IMG/VR virus record: IMGVR_UViG_3300031813_000003 | Coordinates: 1 to 64,000 of that record | From: a virus | Lineage: Duplodnaviria > Caudoviricetes | Length of the DNA stretch: 64,000 nucleotides | Strand: one strand, 5' to 3' | Shown here: piece by piece, positions 1-10,052 of the stretch | Layout of the letters: the number at the start of each line of letters is the position of its first letter | Numbering within the stretch: position 1 is the stretch's first letter | Position numbers and translations under genes: made by a program | The notes under the pieces: generated by a model | The model's input: the letters and a program-made list of their open reading frames with translations, nothing else | Databases searched by the model: none | What the model was told of the DNA's origin: nothing

Positions 1-44
1 TTGATAAAGTATATAATTTGATAAAGTATATAATTTGATAAAGT
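1..44. repeat. 17-bp tandem repeat TTGATAAAGTATATAAT (2 full copies plus a partial; may continue left of the window)
   Basis: Identical units at 1-17 and 18-34, partial at 35-44. Confidence 0.9.
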
Positions 45-72
45 GGGCTAGAAATATCTAGCCCACTTTTAT
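40..72 (+). terminator. Rho-independent terminator
   Basis: AAAGTGGGCTAGA-aata-TCTAGCCCACTTT stem with T tract. Confidence 0.8.
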
Positions 73-122
73 TTTATATAAAGTATAACTGCAGTAATAA
101 AACTTATATAAAGGAAATTATA

Positions 123-1651
123 ATGACATTATCAGAATTTATAACAAAAAATGCAATTGATAGTAAACAACGTATCATTTCAAATTTAGTAAGAGGGGGG
201 AAAGAATGGTTTGAATCTAAAGGATATGAAAAATATTATGATATGTTATTAGACGCCACATCTTTTTTAAATACAGATGCGTCTATTACACTGAGGATTT
301 TTGCATTCAAAATAATATTAATGAATACCCAACATGTAATGTATGTGGTAAAAACATATTAAATTTTAAAGAAAAAAGAAAAATAAGAAAGGTATGTTCT
401 TCTATATGTAGTGCAAAATCAATTAATAGAATACAAAAGTCTATAAAAACAAAATTGAAAAAATATGGTTACCAATATAACAATATGGAAAAAACTAAAG
501 AAACAAAATTGTTAAGATATGGTGATGAAAAATATAACAATATGAGCAAAAACAAAGAAACTATGTTAAAAACATATGGGGTAGAATCTATTTTTAATAA
601 AAAAGAAAATAGAGAAAAAGCAACACAAACAAAAAAAAGCAATAAATTAAAAAATTTGCTTACTAAATTTTCTGATAGATATATATGTGTTGATAATGAT
701 AATTTTATATTCAAGTGTAAAAAATGTAAAGAAGAAATAAAATTGGATACAACTAGGTACTGGACTAATGTTGTAAGATGCTATACATGTTTTCCACATA
801 ATATTTCATTATCAGAATCAGAATTACAATCATGGTTATCTACATTGATTAAGTTTGAAAGTAATACAAAAATATTATCAAAAAATTTTGAAATTGATAT
901 ACTTATTAAAGAAAAACAGTTAGCAATAGAGTTTGATGGTATATACTGGCACTCTGAAGATATTAGACCAGATAAACACTATCATCTTAATAAAACTAAT
1001 GAATGTAAAGAACTAGGGTATAATCTTTTACATATATTTGAAAATGAATGGATAAATCCTATTAAAAAGGAAATATGGAAGTCGTTGATAACATCTAAAC
1101 TTGGAATGAACCAAACTATATGGGCTAGAAAATGTGTTATTAAAAAGGTAAACAAAAATGATACAACTGATTTTTTAATCCATAATCATCTCCAGGGGAA
1201 TTGTCAATCAAGTATTAATATAGGACTATATAATAATGATAATCTTGTGTGCTTATTAACTTTATCAAAATCTAGATTCAACAAAAATTATGATTGGGAG
1301 ATAACAAGATATTGTAACAAATTAGGATATAACATTGTAGGAGGATTTTCTAAACTGTTATCTAGTTTTAAAAAAGAATATACCGGTTCTATTATAACAT
1401 ATGCAGATAAACGATATTCATCCGGTGATATGTATAGTAAAGCTGGATTTCTAGAATTAGAAGATAGTACTCCTAACTATTGGTATTGGAAAACACCAGA
1501 TCATCTATTTTCAAGAATTGAATTTCAAAAACATAAACTGACATATAAATTAAACAAATTTGATCCATCTATCACTGAAGCAGAAAACATGCGCAACAAT
1601 GGATATAAAAGAATTTGGGATTGTGGAAACAAAGTATTTATAATGAATTGA
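123..1651 (+). pseudogene. Hef-like PD-(D/E)XK homing endonuclease with N-terminal Zn motif and KYG repeats; frameshifted near 298-302
   Basis: ORFs 123..362 and 455..1651 join if one T is added to the T5 run (LRIF-CIQNNINEYPTCNVCGK...); EIDI..LAIEFDGIYWHS and WARKC..FL..NHLQG motifs. Confidence 0.75.
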
Positions 1652-1654
1652 ACA

Positions 1655-1690
1655 AAAAAGAGGGTTATATTGAATTATAACCCTCTTTTT
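1655..1690. terminator. Bidirectional terminator hairpin
   Basis: AAAAAGAGGGTTATA-ttgaat-TATAACCCTCTTTTT. Confidence 0.8.
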
Positions 1691-1710
1691 CTTTTATTTC
1701 AATACCTTGA

Positions 1711-1794
1711 AATTTATTTTGAATTAAACTTGACAAAACCCTAAAAGTGGGTGTATAATGAAAAACGCCCCTCTGGAGCAGGGTAAGATTTATC
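1711..1794 (+). repeat. 84-bp repeat copy 1 (inverted copy at 58958-59041) containing a consensus sigma70 promoter
   Basis: 82/84 identity to the reverse complement of 58958-59041; TTGACA 1730-1735, 18 bp, TATAAT 1754-1759. Confidence 0.92.
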
Positions 1795-1840
1795 ACCGGA
1801 GGTGTATGTTTACCCTCCTTCAGGATAGCAAGGAGCGATA
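1765..1840 (+). ncRNA. Putative structured small RNA or leader
   Basis: GC-rich non-coding stretch after the promoter; nested pairings CTGGAG/CTTCAG, AGGGTAA/TTACCCT, CACC/GGTG. Confidence 0.4.
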
Positions 1841-1842
1841 AC

Positions 1843-1920
1843 AAATAAATTGACAATTAAATGATCTAGGGTTATATTGAATTACATGGTGAGCAAATCA
1901 AACCACAAAGGAGATTTAAA
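1843..1920 (+). promoter_or_regulatory. Early sigma70 promoter plus RBS cassette
   Basis: TTGACA 1850, 17 bp, TATATT 1873; leader AAATCAAACCACAAAGGAGATTT; near copy at 62710-62782. Confidence 0.85.
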
Positions 1921-2130
1921 ATGGGAATTTACAATGTACTGGAAGTTCAGATTCCTGCTGTTGATCCTTTCATTCTCCCTAAAGGTACTGATTCTCGTAT
2001 AGGCGTCCTTTGCCGTGAAGGTAAGCCTGTTTACTATGCTCACGCATTCGGTGGGGTGTATTACGAAAGGTACACCATAGAAGATATCGAAATGGTTCTG
2101 GAACTTTCTGATGAAGAGGATGCACGATAA
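1921..2130 (+). CDS. Hypothetical early protein
   Basis: ORF directly after promoter and AAGGAG RBS. Confidence 0.75.
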   Translation: MGIYNVLEVQIPAVDPFILPKGTDSRIGVLCREGKPVYYAHAFGGVYYERYTIEDIEMVLELSDEEDAR

Positions 2131-2246
2131 TACTAATGAATTGGCCTCCCAATCCCAAACCTGTATATTATTTCATTCATCCCTGTCAACCTAGGATAGA
2201 TGAAATTATGAAAGACAAATCATTAAAATCTGAAATGGAGATATAA

Positions 2247-2468
2247 ATGAAATATAGGATTGTAGAACATAGAACAAATGGTGTTGTAAAATTTTATGTC
2301 CCTCAATACAAAAAGTTTTTGTTTTGGATGAATTGGGATGAATGTACTTGTATGGATTGTTATGGGCGTGTGTCTAGACGAAAATATGAAGACGCATTAG
2401 CATACATTAATAAACATATTGAAAGTAGAGCTTCTAGGTCTTCATGTATAATTCATAACATTGTATAA
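2247..2468 (+). CDS. Hypothetical protein
   Basis: GGAG RBS; coupled to next ORF. Confidence 0.7.
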   Translation: MKYRIVEHRTNGVVKFYVPQYKKFLFWMNWDECTCMDCYGRVSRRKYEDALAYINKHIESRASRSSCIIHNIV

Positions 2469-2875
2469 TGAAAGAACTTAGAATTGGTATCGTGGGTTCA
2501 CGTAGAAGGAACTCTGAAGACGATTTGAAAATACTTGCGGATTTCTTATCAAAAATATTGACATTTTATTCAGATGAGTATAAGGTAGTTCTTGTATCAG
2601 GGGGATGTAAGAAAGGTGGAGATTACTTTGCTGAAATTTTGAATAGGGCATGGCAACTTCCTCCAATGATCATTCACTATCCTGATAAAAGTAAATTACC
2701 GAATAATCCTCAGAGATATGATTTTGCCAAGATAAACTTTGCAAGGAACACTCTGATTGCTAGAGATTCAGATATATTGATTGCCCTTGTTGCGGAAGAT
2801 AGAACAGGAGGAAGTGAAGATACCGTTAAAAAGTTTAAAAAACTTCACCCTAAAGGAAAACTATATCTCATATGA
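2468..2875 (+). CDS. SLOG/DprA-like nucleotide-binding protein
   Basis: IGIVGSR, VSGGC..GGD, ARNTLIARDSD.LIA, GGSEDT motifs. Confidence 0.75.
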   Translation: MKELRIGIVGSRRRNSEDDLKILADFLSKILTFYSDEYKVVLVSGGCKKGGDYFAEILNRAWQLPPMIIHYPDKSKLPNNPQRYDFAKINFARNTLIARDSDILIALVAEDRTGGSEDTVKKFKKLHPKGKLYLI

Positions 2876-3063
2876 TAGATTTAAATGAATATATTTTTAT
2901 CCAATGCCCTAAATGCACAAAGTTGGATATCATCGATAGGATAAAAGATGACCCCTATGATGCAGTTACAGTTGGAATTATTTGCCCTAACTGTGATGAT
3001 GGGGATTTTCATGAACCAGTTTATTACAACAATGATGGGGAGGTAATCAATGCGGAAGGTTGA
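2872..3063 (+). CDS. Small zinc-ribbon protein
   Basis: CPKC...CPNC. Confidence 0.6.
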   Translation: MIDLNEYIFIQCPKCTKLDIIDRIKDDPYDAVTVGIICPNCDDGDFHEPVYYNNDGEVINAEG

Positions 3064-3231
3064 AGAAGTTCTACAAAATCTCTGGAAGAAACTTGAAATT
3101 CGTCCTACCAATAAAGATGGTAAAAAGGATAGTAACTTCAACTATGTTCATCAACTTTATGTTTCTGAAGCAGTGGTTGTCCTTGATAATCATTACCAGG
3201 AGATACTTGTTGGTGAGGAGGAACATTTCTA

Positions 3232-3582
3232 ATGAGTAGCTATAAAATAATTAAATCTGGAGTCACCCAAGAGGGTGATGAGGTATATCGTATATACCAG
3301 AATAAAATGGAATGGGTTAAATTATTATCATCTGATCATAACAAACAGATTATTGCGGATTGCTTTGAATTTCGCAGACCATCTAAACTCACTTCAGATT
3401 TTATTCTAGATATCATCAATACCCTTCGTAGGGAGTATAAACTTTATGAAGTATTGGAATTTTTTGAAACTGCTACCTTTAATGATTATGATGACAGGAT
3501 AGAAGTTGTTTATGATAATGGAGTGATAGACTTGTTTTACAAGATGCCCTCCATTACTCTTGTTCATGAATCAGACTGCTAA
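3232..3582 (+). CDS. Hypothetical protein
   Basis: ORF coupled within the early operon. Confidence 0.65.
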   Translation: MSSYKIIKSGVTQEGDEVYRIYQNKMEWVKLLSSDHNKQIIADCFEFRRPSKLTSDFILDIINTLRREYKLYEVLEFFETATFNDYDDRIEVVYDNGVIDLFYKMPSITLVHESDC

Positions 3583-3599
3583 TACAAAGGAGATTTACC

Positions 3600-3944
3600 A
3601 TGAGAATCTGGCTTGATGATATTCGTCCTATGCCTAACTGGTTTGATGTTCATTGCAAGACTGCAACTGAAGCAGCTGATTACATCAGAACTGGTAAAGT
3701 TACCTTCATCAGTTTTGATCATGATCTAGGCCCTGCGAAAGCTGGTACTGGATACCATGTTGCTGTTCTGATTGAAGACTATGCAAAGGCTGGAGCAATT
3801 CCAGCAATCAGATATGCAATTCACTCTGCTAACCCTGTTGGCAGGGTCAACATCGAAGCAGCAATGCGCAATGCAATCAAATTCTGGACTGAAGATGGTT
3901 TCCTTTCGAAGTATATGGGAAATGGTAAACTAATTAAACTATAG
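3600..3944 (+). CDS. Cyclic-phosphate-processing receiver-domain protein
   Basis: IWLDDIR, ISFDHDLG, TGY, IHSANPVG signature. Confidence 0.85.
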   Translation: MRIWLDDIRPMPNWFDVHCKTATEAADYIRTGKVTFISFDHDLGPAKAGTGYHVAVLIEDYAKAGAIPAIRYAIHSANPVGRVNIEAAMRNAIKFWTEDGFLSKYMGNGKLIKL

Positions 3945-3952
3945 AGGGTGAA

Positions 3953-4276
3953 GTGAGTATTACTGAAAATGAGTTAAAAGAATTAATGTTCAATCAAATG
4001 ATGAGAACTAGAAATGAAGTTGCAAATTTTTGTGCTAATATTTGTGATACTAATAGAGGTTATCTATCTTTGGGAGATTCTATTAGGAAACAATTCTCAA
4101 TTGCCCCTAAAGTAGTTGATGATACGGTTGTGTTCAGCACAACTCCTTCAGGGGCAAATCCTTTTTATGAAGTATATAAAGCATCTAAACCAACATTTAC
4201 TTTTATTAAAGGTAAAGGAAATAAGAATAATAGTATAGAAAGACCAATATTAACTTTAGTAAGGGGAAATAAATGA
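3953..4276 (+). CDS. Hypothetical protein
   Basis: GAGG RBS, GTG start. Confidence 0.6.
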   Translation: MSITENELKELMFNQMMRTRNEVANFCANICDTNRGYLSLGDSIRKQFSIAPKVVDDTVVFSTTPSGANPFYEVYKASKPTFTFIKGKGNKNNSIERPILTLVRGNK

Positions 4277-4485
4277 TTATTATAACTATGCTTATTGGAT
4301 TTGGTGCTTTGGTATCAATTACCACTTTTTTAGGAGTGTGTGGGTTTCTATGGGACACTTACAAAGATAAGTTTCAGGATATCATCTACGTCCTTTGCGG
4401 GTTAATCTCTTTGGTATTCTGCGGGATAGGGCTATACGCAATCGGAGATTTTGTGATTTCGGTTTACAATGGTCTTCATTTATGA
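4273..4485 (+). CDS. Small two-TM membrane protein
   Basis: Two hydrophobic segments. Confidence 0.6.
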   Translation: MIIITMLIGFGALVSITTFLGVCGFLWDTYKDKFQDIIYVLCGLISLVFCGIGLYAIGDFVISVYNGLHL

Positions 4486-4580
4486 GCATTTTGACTTCAA
4501 TGTTAGCTGCTGATATGATTCATGCATTTTGTACCCAAGGGGATATCACCTGTGTAATTTCTATTTTGTCTAGTTTTTAA

Positions 4581-4641
4581 TTGACAGATAAATGATCTTC
4601 TGGTAGATTAGATTTATATTCTACTACAAAGGAGATTTAAC
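4581..4641 (+). promoter_or_regulatory. Early sigma70 promoter plus RBS
   Basis: TTGACA 4581, 17 bp, TAGATT; ACAAAGGAGATTT. Confidence 0.8.
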
Positions 4642-5166
4642 GTGATCTGTTACGATATCAAATTTGAGGAAGATTTTCACCGTACCGTTAAAACTGATTG
4701 GAATACTAATGGTATTTTCGATCCTGAATTCATGAACAAGAAAATGAAATACTGCTCCAAAGATACAATCTTTGGTCATGGGTGGGGTCAGCCTAACCGT
4801 CATTTCATCTATGCATATGAAGGTACTAAAATAGTAGGTGTTCTGAAGATCAAAATTAAAGGTGAAGACTCTTGCGGAAATCCTGGATTCTGTAATTGGG
4901 TTGACTACATCACTGTAGACCCTGATTACAAAAATAAGGGTATCGCAACAACTCTAATCAAGATGATGTTCGAATATCTTAAAGAGAAAGGTGAAACTCA
5001 TATGCTTGCTTCTGGTTATAGCACGTTTGGATTTCATTTTCTTCGTAACAAGTTGAATACACTTGCGAAAGAGTATTCGATTAATTTCAAAGACGAAGAT
5101 ACCATAGGGTTTCCTGATAGAGATCAGGAAAAGGTTATCGAAGAACTTTTCGGCAAAGCTGCATAA
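4642..5166 (+). CDS. GNAT acetyltransferase
   Basis: ITVDPDYKNKGIATTL acetyl-CoA-binding motif A. Confidence 0.8.
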   Translation: MICYDIKFEEDFHRTVKTDWNTNGIFDPEFMNKKMKYCSKDTIFGHGWGQPNRHFIYAYEGTKIVGVLKIKIKGEDSCGNPGFCNWVDYITVDPDYKNKGIATTLIKMMFEYLKEKGETHMLASGYSTFGFHFLRNKLNTLAKEYSINFKDEDTIGFPDRDQEKVIEELFGKAA

Positions 5167-5171
5167 TTAAA

Positions 5172-5243
5172 TTGACATATAAATGATCTTCTGGTAAATT
5201 GAATTTACGAATTACGAAATCAAACCACAAAGGAGATTACAAC
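5172..5243 (+). promoter_or_regulatory. Early sigma70 promoter plus RBS
   Basis: TTGACA 5172, 17 bp, TAAATT; spacer nearly identical to the 4581 promoter; AAATCAAACCACAAAGGAG. Confidence 0.8.
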
Positions 5244-5594
5244 ATGAAAAAATTCCACGTAGTATACAACATGAGAAGCAATCGTTTCTTTGCCCCTACC
5301 ATCATTTCTGTAAAAGAATTCCTCAACTCTGATGATTTTATTTCGGTTGGGAGTGTGACTGCAAATTCTCTAGATGAAGTTTATCACATCCTGAACTACG
5401 TCACTGAAACTCCTACGGATGAAGCAGCTGAAGTTGCTGCTTATGTTCATAAGTTAGCAGAGTCTGATCCCTTCCACACCACTTATCCTTCTCTTCATAC
5501 TTCCATGTCCTGTGGAGATATTCTTGTGGAGTATTCTCCTGAAGGTAAAGTATACCATATGTGTGATTCCTGCGGTTGGGTGGTAATGAAATGA
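5244..5594 (+). CDS. YodL-like domain protein
   Basis: LDEVY..LN ... SMSCGDILV ... CDSCGW; start taken from the RBS. Confidence 0.6.
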   Translation: MKKFHVVYNMRSNRFFAPTIISVKEFLNSDDFISVGSVTANSLDEVYHILNYVTETPTDEAAEVAAYVHKLAESDPFHTTYPSLHTSMSCGDILVEYSPEGKVYHMCDSCGWVVMK

Positions 5595-5730
5595 GAAAGA
5601 CTTTAGTGTGGGTAGGATTCGGACCTTTCGCCCTCTTCTGGATCATGAAGATGATGGGAAGTGTTGATTGGTCTGGTTGGTGGTGTTTGTTGTTCATTCC
5701 AATGTGTTATATTAAAAGGAGACAGTAGTA

Positions 5731-5910
5731 AATGGACAAGTATACTTATCAGGAAGCTGTACAGAAAGCGTATAACCACGGTGAAGTAAGACACCCGTTT
5801 CAGAGGGTGCAGAATGCCCTTAAGGAGCAGTTTGGTAATGACTTGATGCCCCCTGAAGGGTATGATGGGGAAACCATCTTTGATGCCTATATGATGGGGT
5901 ATTACAAATA
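5731..5910 (+). CDS. Hypothetical 59-aa protein (not in ORF track)
   Basis: AAGGAG RBS; MDKYTYQEAVQKAYNHG... Confidence 0.55.
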
Positions 5911-5932
5911 AATTTGGTTCAAAAGATAATAA

Positions 5933-6637
5933 ATGAATTATATTAACCTACATGCACATTCCACACACTCTGATGGGAGAAACACTCTAGAGGAACATGT
6001 GTTTGCCCAAAAAAAACTAGGGATGACTGTATGTGTACTAACAGATCATGTCTACCCTGAAGGATATCAATTCTCCCTCAACACTTCAAAATTTTTGAAA
6101 CAAGTGGAAGAAGCTGAACGGTTGATGGATTCTCTAGGGGTTCCTATCATCCTTGGTATTGAATGCTCTGTCATGAGAATGGAAGAAGTCAATATATTTG
6201 GCAGGGATGCTATTTTAGAAATTCTTAAAATTAAATCAAAAGGCATGATTACCTATGATGATCTAGTTGCCCTCAAGAACAACTACAACTGTATCATCAA
6301 TTATAATCATCCTATGAACCCTCCTAGATTCGTTAAAGCAGGGTGTATGGATTTTATTGATGGGTATGAACATATCCATCAATGCTCATATACATTCGAT
6401 GAGGATTCACCAAATGTTAAACAGTTCACTTGTCCTCCTGAGTTTGCTTCCCTAGTGAAGCTGTGTAATTCTGATGCACATCATGTCGATGCCCTTGAAT
6501 GGTGTTTCAATGAGACTGAGACTCCAATCACAACTGAAGATGAATTAATCTCTTACATTAAAGAACGTAAACCAATGAAGCATATTGTTTGGGGAAAGAA
6601 GGAAACACTTAGTGCTGGTGGAATTATTTTACCATAA
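5933..6637 (+). CDS. PHP-domain phosphoesterase
   Basis: NLHAHSTHSDG, TDH, GIE, NHP, NSDAH. Confidence 0.85.
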   Translation: MNYINLHAHSTHSDGRNTLEEHVFAQKKLGMTVCVLTDHVYPEGYQFSLNTSKFLKQVEEAERLMDSLGVPIILGIECSVMRMEEVNIFGRDAILEILKIKSKGMITYDDLVALKNNYNCIINYNHPMNPPRFVKAGCMDFIDGYEHIHQCSYTFDEDSPNVKQFTCPPEFASLVKLCNSDAHHVDALEWCFNETETPITTEDELISYIKERKPMKHIVWGKKETLSAGGIILP

Positions 6638-6646
6638 TTTTTTAAT

Positions 6647-6675
6647 TTGACTTTAAATCTTTTCTCCTGTATAGT
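6647..6675 (+). promoter_or_regulatory. sigma70 promoter of the ligase N-terminal half
   Basis: TTGACT, 17 bp, TATAGT. Confidence 0.75.
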
Positions 6676-6706
6676 TATTTTACACCACATAACAAAGGAA
6701 TCATAA

Positions 6707-7759
6707 ATGAACGTATTGAAAGATCAAATCAAAAAAGCCAATGATGCCTACCGTGTAGGTAGCCCTATCATGTCTGATGCAGAATATGATATTTTGCTTT
6801 CTAAACTGGAAGACAAAATGGGCTTTATTGAATTTGAAGATTTCAAACAGACCCTTACTGAATCCAACGGAACAATCAAACTGGATTACGTCCTTGGTTC
6901 CCTCACCAAATTCAAATACGAAGAAGCTGACCTTCTCTACAAATGGATTGCTAAAATGAAGATCAAATCCATTTTTGCTTCCTTGAAGATCGATGGTTGC
7001 TCCTTTAATGCCTCTTGGAGGAAAGGAATTCTTACTATGTGTTCCTCCAGAGGGGATGGCGATTCTGGTACTGATTGGACTGCTAAAGCAATGTACATTC
7101 TCCCTACCACAATTCCATATCTGGATGATCTGGATATCAGGGGAGAGTTCACCCTCTGTGACGATTCACATATTGAACTTGGATATAAGAACCGGAGAAA
7201 CGGTACTGTTGGTATCATGAACAAAGATATCATCGAACCTGATAAGCTTAAACATGTGAAAGCAATCTGCTATGAGGTTCTCTCTGGTGAAATGAACATC
7301 TATGAACAGTTCAGGTTTCTTCACAAAGAAGGGTTTATCACTCCCCCTAGGGCAATCTATGATAATCCTGTTGACCTGTATGTTATCCATGAAATCCTGA
7401 AAGAATTCTATTTGGATAGAAAGAAAAAAGCACCTTACGATATCGATGGTATCGTGATCTCTTCTCCGCACTATAAGAGGGAGAATGTATTCTTCCCTGA
7501 AGGAAAAGTAGCATTCAAGATCAATTCTGAAGGTATATGGACTACTGTTATTGGTATTGAGTGGAATATTTCAAAAGGGGGTCTACTTAAACCCACGATT
7601 CTTCTTAAACCGATTGAATTTGGTGGATCAACTGTTCAAAGAGTTACTGGTAACAATGCAAAGTATATTCTTGATAACGGAATTAAGAATGGAACTAAAG
7701 TGTCAGTTATTTTGAGTGGAGAAGTAATTCCAAAAATAGTAAATATAATCAACACTTAG
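6707..7759 (+). CDS. ligA: NAD-dependent DNA ligase, N-terminal half (Ia, adenylation and OB domains)
   Basis: MSDAEYD, KIDG active-site Lys, SRGDG, RGE, YDIDGIV, AFK, SGEVIP motif VI then stop. Confidence 0.92.
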   Translation: MNVLKDQIKKANDAYRVGSPIMSDAEYDILLSKLEDKMGFIEFEDFKQTLTESNGTIKLDYVLGSLTKFKYEEADLLYKWIAKMKIKSIFASLKIDGCSFNASWRKGILTMCSSRGDGDSGTDWTAKAMYILPTTIPYLDDLDIRGEFTLCDDSHIELGYKNRRNGTVGIMNKDIIEPDKLKHVKAICYEVLSGEMNIYEQFRFLHKEGFITPPRAIYDNPVDLYVIHEILKEFYLDRKKKAPYDIDGIVISSPHYKRENVFFPEGKVAFKINSEGIWTTVIGIEWNISKGGLLKPTILLKPIEFGGSTVQRVTGNNAKYILDNGIKNGTKVSVILSGEVIPKIVNIINT

Positions 7760-8412
7760 CAATTCCTCTAGCTATAAACTTACATTTAAATCTTTTATGA
7801 TGGTTTCTATCACCAGATGCAACACTACTCATTTTTGATTGTTGTAACTTATGGTCTTTACAAAATTTATTTAATCCTATTATGATTTCAATATGTCCGT
7901 CAGGAAATGTTATTTCGTATGTTGATTTTTGCTTTTGGTCACCTATGCTCTTAGCTTTGATCCACTCTGGATTTTTAGCTAATAGTTCAATTGCATCTTG
8001 GTGTTTCTGTTTCACTTCTGGTCTTTTCATGACATTGTTGTCACCACAGAAAGATTTCATTGCTGTTTTTAAACTTTCGTCATGTCTTCTTTTTATATTG
8101 GGGTCAGACATTGGATGAAAATCACCACCTTTAGTTAAATTATATCCTTTACCAGAACTAACGTGGCAATCATATTCAACTATAAATTCAATTTCTTTTT
8201 CATCAAGTTCTTCTTTAGAAGAACAATAGCATTCAACTTCCCATATAAAGGAATCCCAACCATATTTTCGTATTGCTTTATGAAAATATGATTTTGATTG
8301 AGTTGTCAAGGCAGCATATTTGTGTGCTGTTTTTTCTCATATGTAATGTATTTTTACTTTGTCCAATATAAATTTTATTGTTAATTATATTAGTAGCTTT
8401 ATATATTATCAT
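7749..8412 (-). mobile_element. Free-standing GIY-YIG homing endonuclease gene, antisense within the ligase locus; frameshift at 8330-8335
   Basis: MIIYKATN..NKIYIGQS, then in another frame FHKAIRKYG..F..E..LDEKE..GYNLTKGG; frames join by removing one base from the A6 run; AAGGA RBS. Confidence 0.85.
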
Positions 8413-8465
8413 AAATATTCCTTTCATCTGGTGATGTGATTCCAATAGTATTTGTGTAAAACAAA

Positions 8466-8525
8466 TTGACATTGAAATCATCGTATGGTAAGATAATTTA
8501 TAAATCAATCATCGGAGGATATACG
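8466..8525 (+). promoter_or_regulatory. sigma70 promoter and RBS for the ligase C-terminal half
   Basis: TTGACA 8466, 17 bp, TAAGAT 8489; GGAGG before GTG 8526. Confidence 0.8.
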
Positions 8526-9341
8526 GTGCATATCGAATTAAAAATGAAAGAATTGGGAATGCCAGTTGAATGCCCATCCTGTGGTTCTAAGCTTATATGG
8601 AAGTCTGTTGACCTTGCTTGCGTCAACCCTGATTGTGAAACCAAACAGGTTAAAGAAGTTGCATCATTCATCGTTAAATGTGGGGTGGAGAATGCAACTG
8701 AGAAATCTTTAACCAATTGGGGAATCACTAACTTTACTAATCTTTTTACTTTCAGACCTGATCCTACTTCCAAGTCTGCTACCAATTTTGAAGACGAACT
8801 GAAAAAGAATGTTTTCAGCAAGTCGATGGAAGAATTGTTTGCTTGCCTCTCTTTCGATGGTGCTGGTTCTACCAACATTAATAAGATCATCGACTTCTAC
8901 GGTGAAGGTAGTCTCATTATTGCTACCAAAGTGTTGAGAGCAGCAAATGAACTCTTTTTCGAAATGAATGGTTACCCTGAAGGTATTGGGCAGAAGGTGA
9001 TCGATAAAATCAAGGATGATTGGAACAAGAACCTTTACGTTGTCAAGATGGTTCTGAATGATAGTAGATACAATCCGAAACCTAAAGCAGCTGTTGCAAC
9101 AGGGAAACTCACTGGTGCATCTTTTGTCCTTACAGGATCGTTCCCTGATGGGAAAAAAGAACTGGAGAAGATGATCGTTGCAGCTGGTGGAACTATCGCT
9201 TCAAGTGTCTCTAAAACGCTCAAATTCCTCGTTTGCGCCCCTGACAGTTGGGGAAGCAGTAGCAAGTACACCAAAGCAGAAAAACTGGCTAAAGACGGCG
9301 TTAAGATCGTTACAGAGGCACAATTGAGAGAAATGCTGTGA
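8526..9341 (+). CDS. ligA: NAD-dependent DNA ligase, C-terminal half (Zn finger, HhH, BRCT)
   Basis: PVECPSCGS...CVNPDC, GIG HhH motif, FVLTGS...GG..SSVSK..FLV...SSKY.KA BRCT. Confidence 0.9.
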   Translation: MHIELKMKELGMPVECPSCGSKLIWKSVDLACVNPDCETKQVKEVASFIVKCGVENATEKSLTNWGITNFTNLFTFRPDPTSKSATNFEDELKKNVFSKSMEELFACLSFDGAGSTNINKIIDFYGEGSLIIATKVLRAANELFFEMNGYPEGIGQKVIDKIKDDWNKNLYVVKMVLNDSRYNPKPKAAVATGKLTGASFVLTGSFPDGKKELEKMIVAAGGTIASSVSKTLKFLVCAPDSWGSSSKYTKAEKLAKDGVKIVTEAQLREML

Positions 9342-9512
9342 GTGATGTTAAAGTTTACCGTGACCTAATTGATGGTGATAAGATTCAAGTAGGTGATGAA
9401 GCATACACTTGGGTAGATGATTGTACTAGACTTGGATGGTATACAATATTGGAAGGGGATCATTGCAATACAGTATTCTGGATGGAGTTAATAACATGTC
9501 AAGACTAACTAC

Positions 9513-9810
9513 AATGGAAGATATTACTGCTGTGGTTTCTCACACAGTTAAACGTGCAGTTATAATTGAGGAAGTTGGAAAGCTAACCATAAAAGTAGCT
9601 AGAAAATATGTCCCACTGTTTGATGAACTGAAACATTTTCTTCCTGCTGGTATCTCATATCAGGTTGAGTATCTTCCATTTTGGGAGTGTAGATTAAAAA
9701 GAATCAAAATCATAAGTAACAATTTTGTGTATGAAGGTAAACCTGTATCTGATGGTTATTGGTGGGGCGACTGTTATTACGCTTCAAGGAAAGGTGAGTT
9801 GTGCAAATAA
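9513..9810 (+). CDS. Hypothetical protein (start uncertain)
   Basis: Part of ORF 9436..9810. Confidence 0.5.
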
Positions 9811-10052
9811 ATCAATACCCAATGAGAAAGGGATTCAGGAGAATCCATTTAGACAATATGATATGGCAGTACAAGATACTAAGATCAACCGTTATTATAT
9901 ATTCTCCTGTTGGTGTAAAGCATGTCACTGATGAATCGGTTGTCACTGGTATGTCTTGAAATGATATTGAACGTGGGTATTGGAAAGGTTGGGGGTACAT
10001 GTATGGGAATTAAACCAAGTCAAATAAAAGAATTCATTCAAGGAATTAAAAA

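Noticed and set aside
1-44. CRISPR array
   Set aside because: Units are directly adjacent with no spacers; no cas genes seen
1760-1845. tRNA
   Set aside because: No T-loop GTTC motif or cloverleaf; no tRNA recognised anywhere in the window
7749-8525. Group I intron or intein in ligA
   Set aside because: The endonuclease fills almost the whole gap, the remainder is AT-rich promoter sequence without recognisable intron core motifs, and the downstream half has its own promoter and RBS
8466-8525. TTG start at 8466 for the ligase C-terminal half
   Set aside because: That TTG is the -35 hexamer; GTG at 8526 has the SD. The TTG start at 5199 similarly overlaps a -10 element
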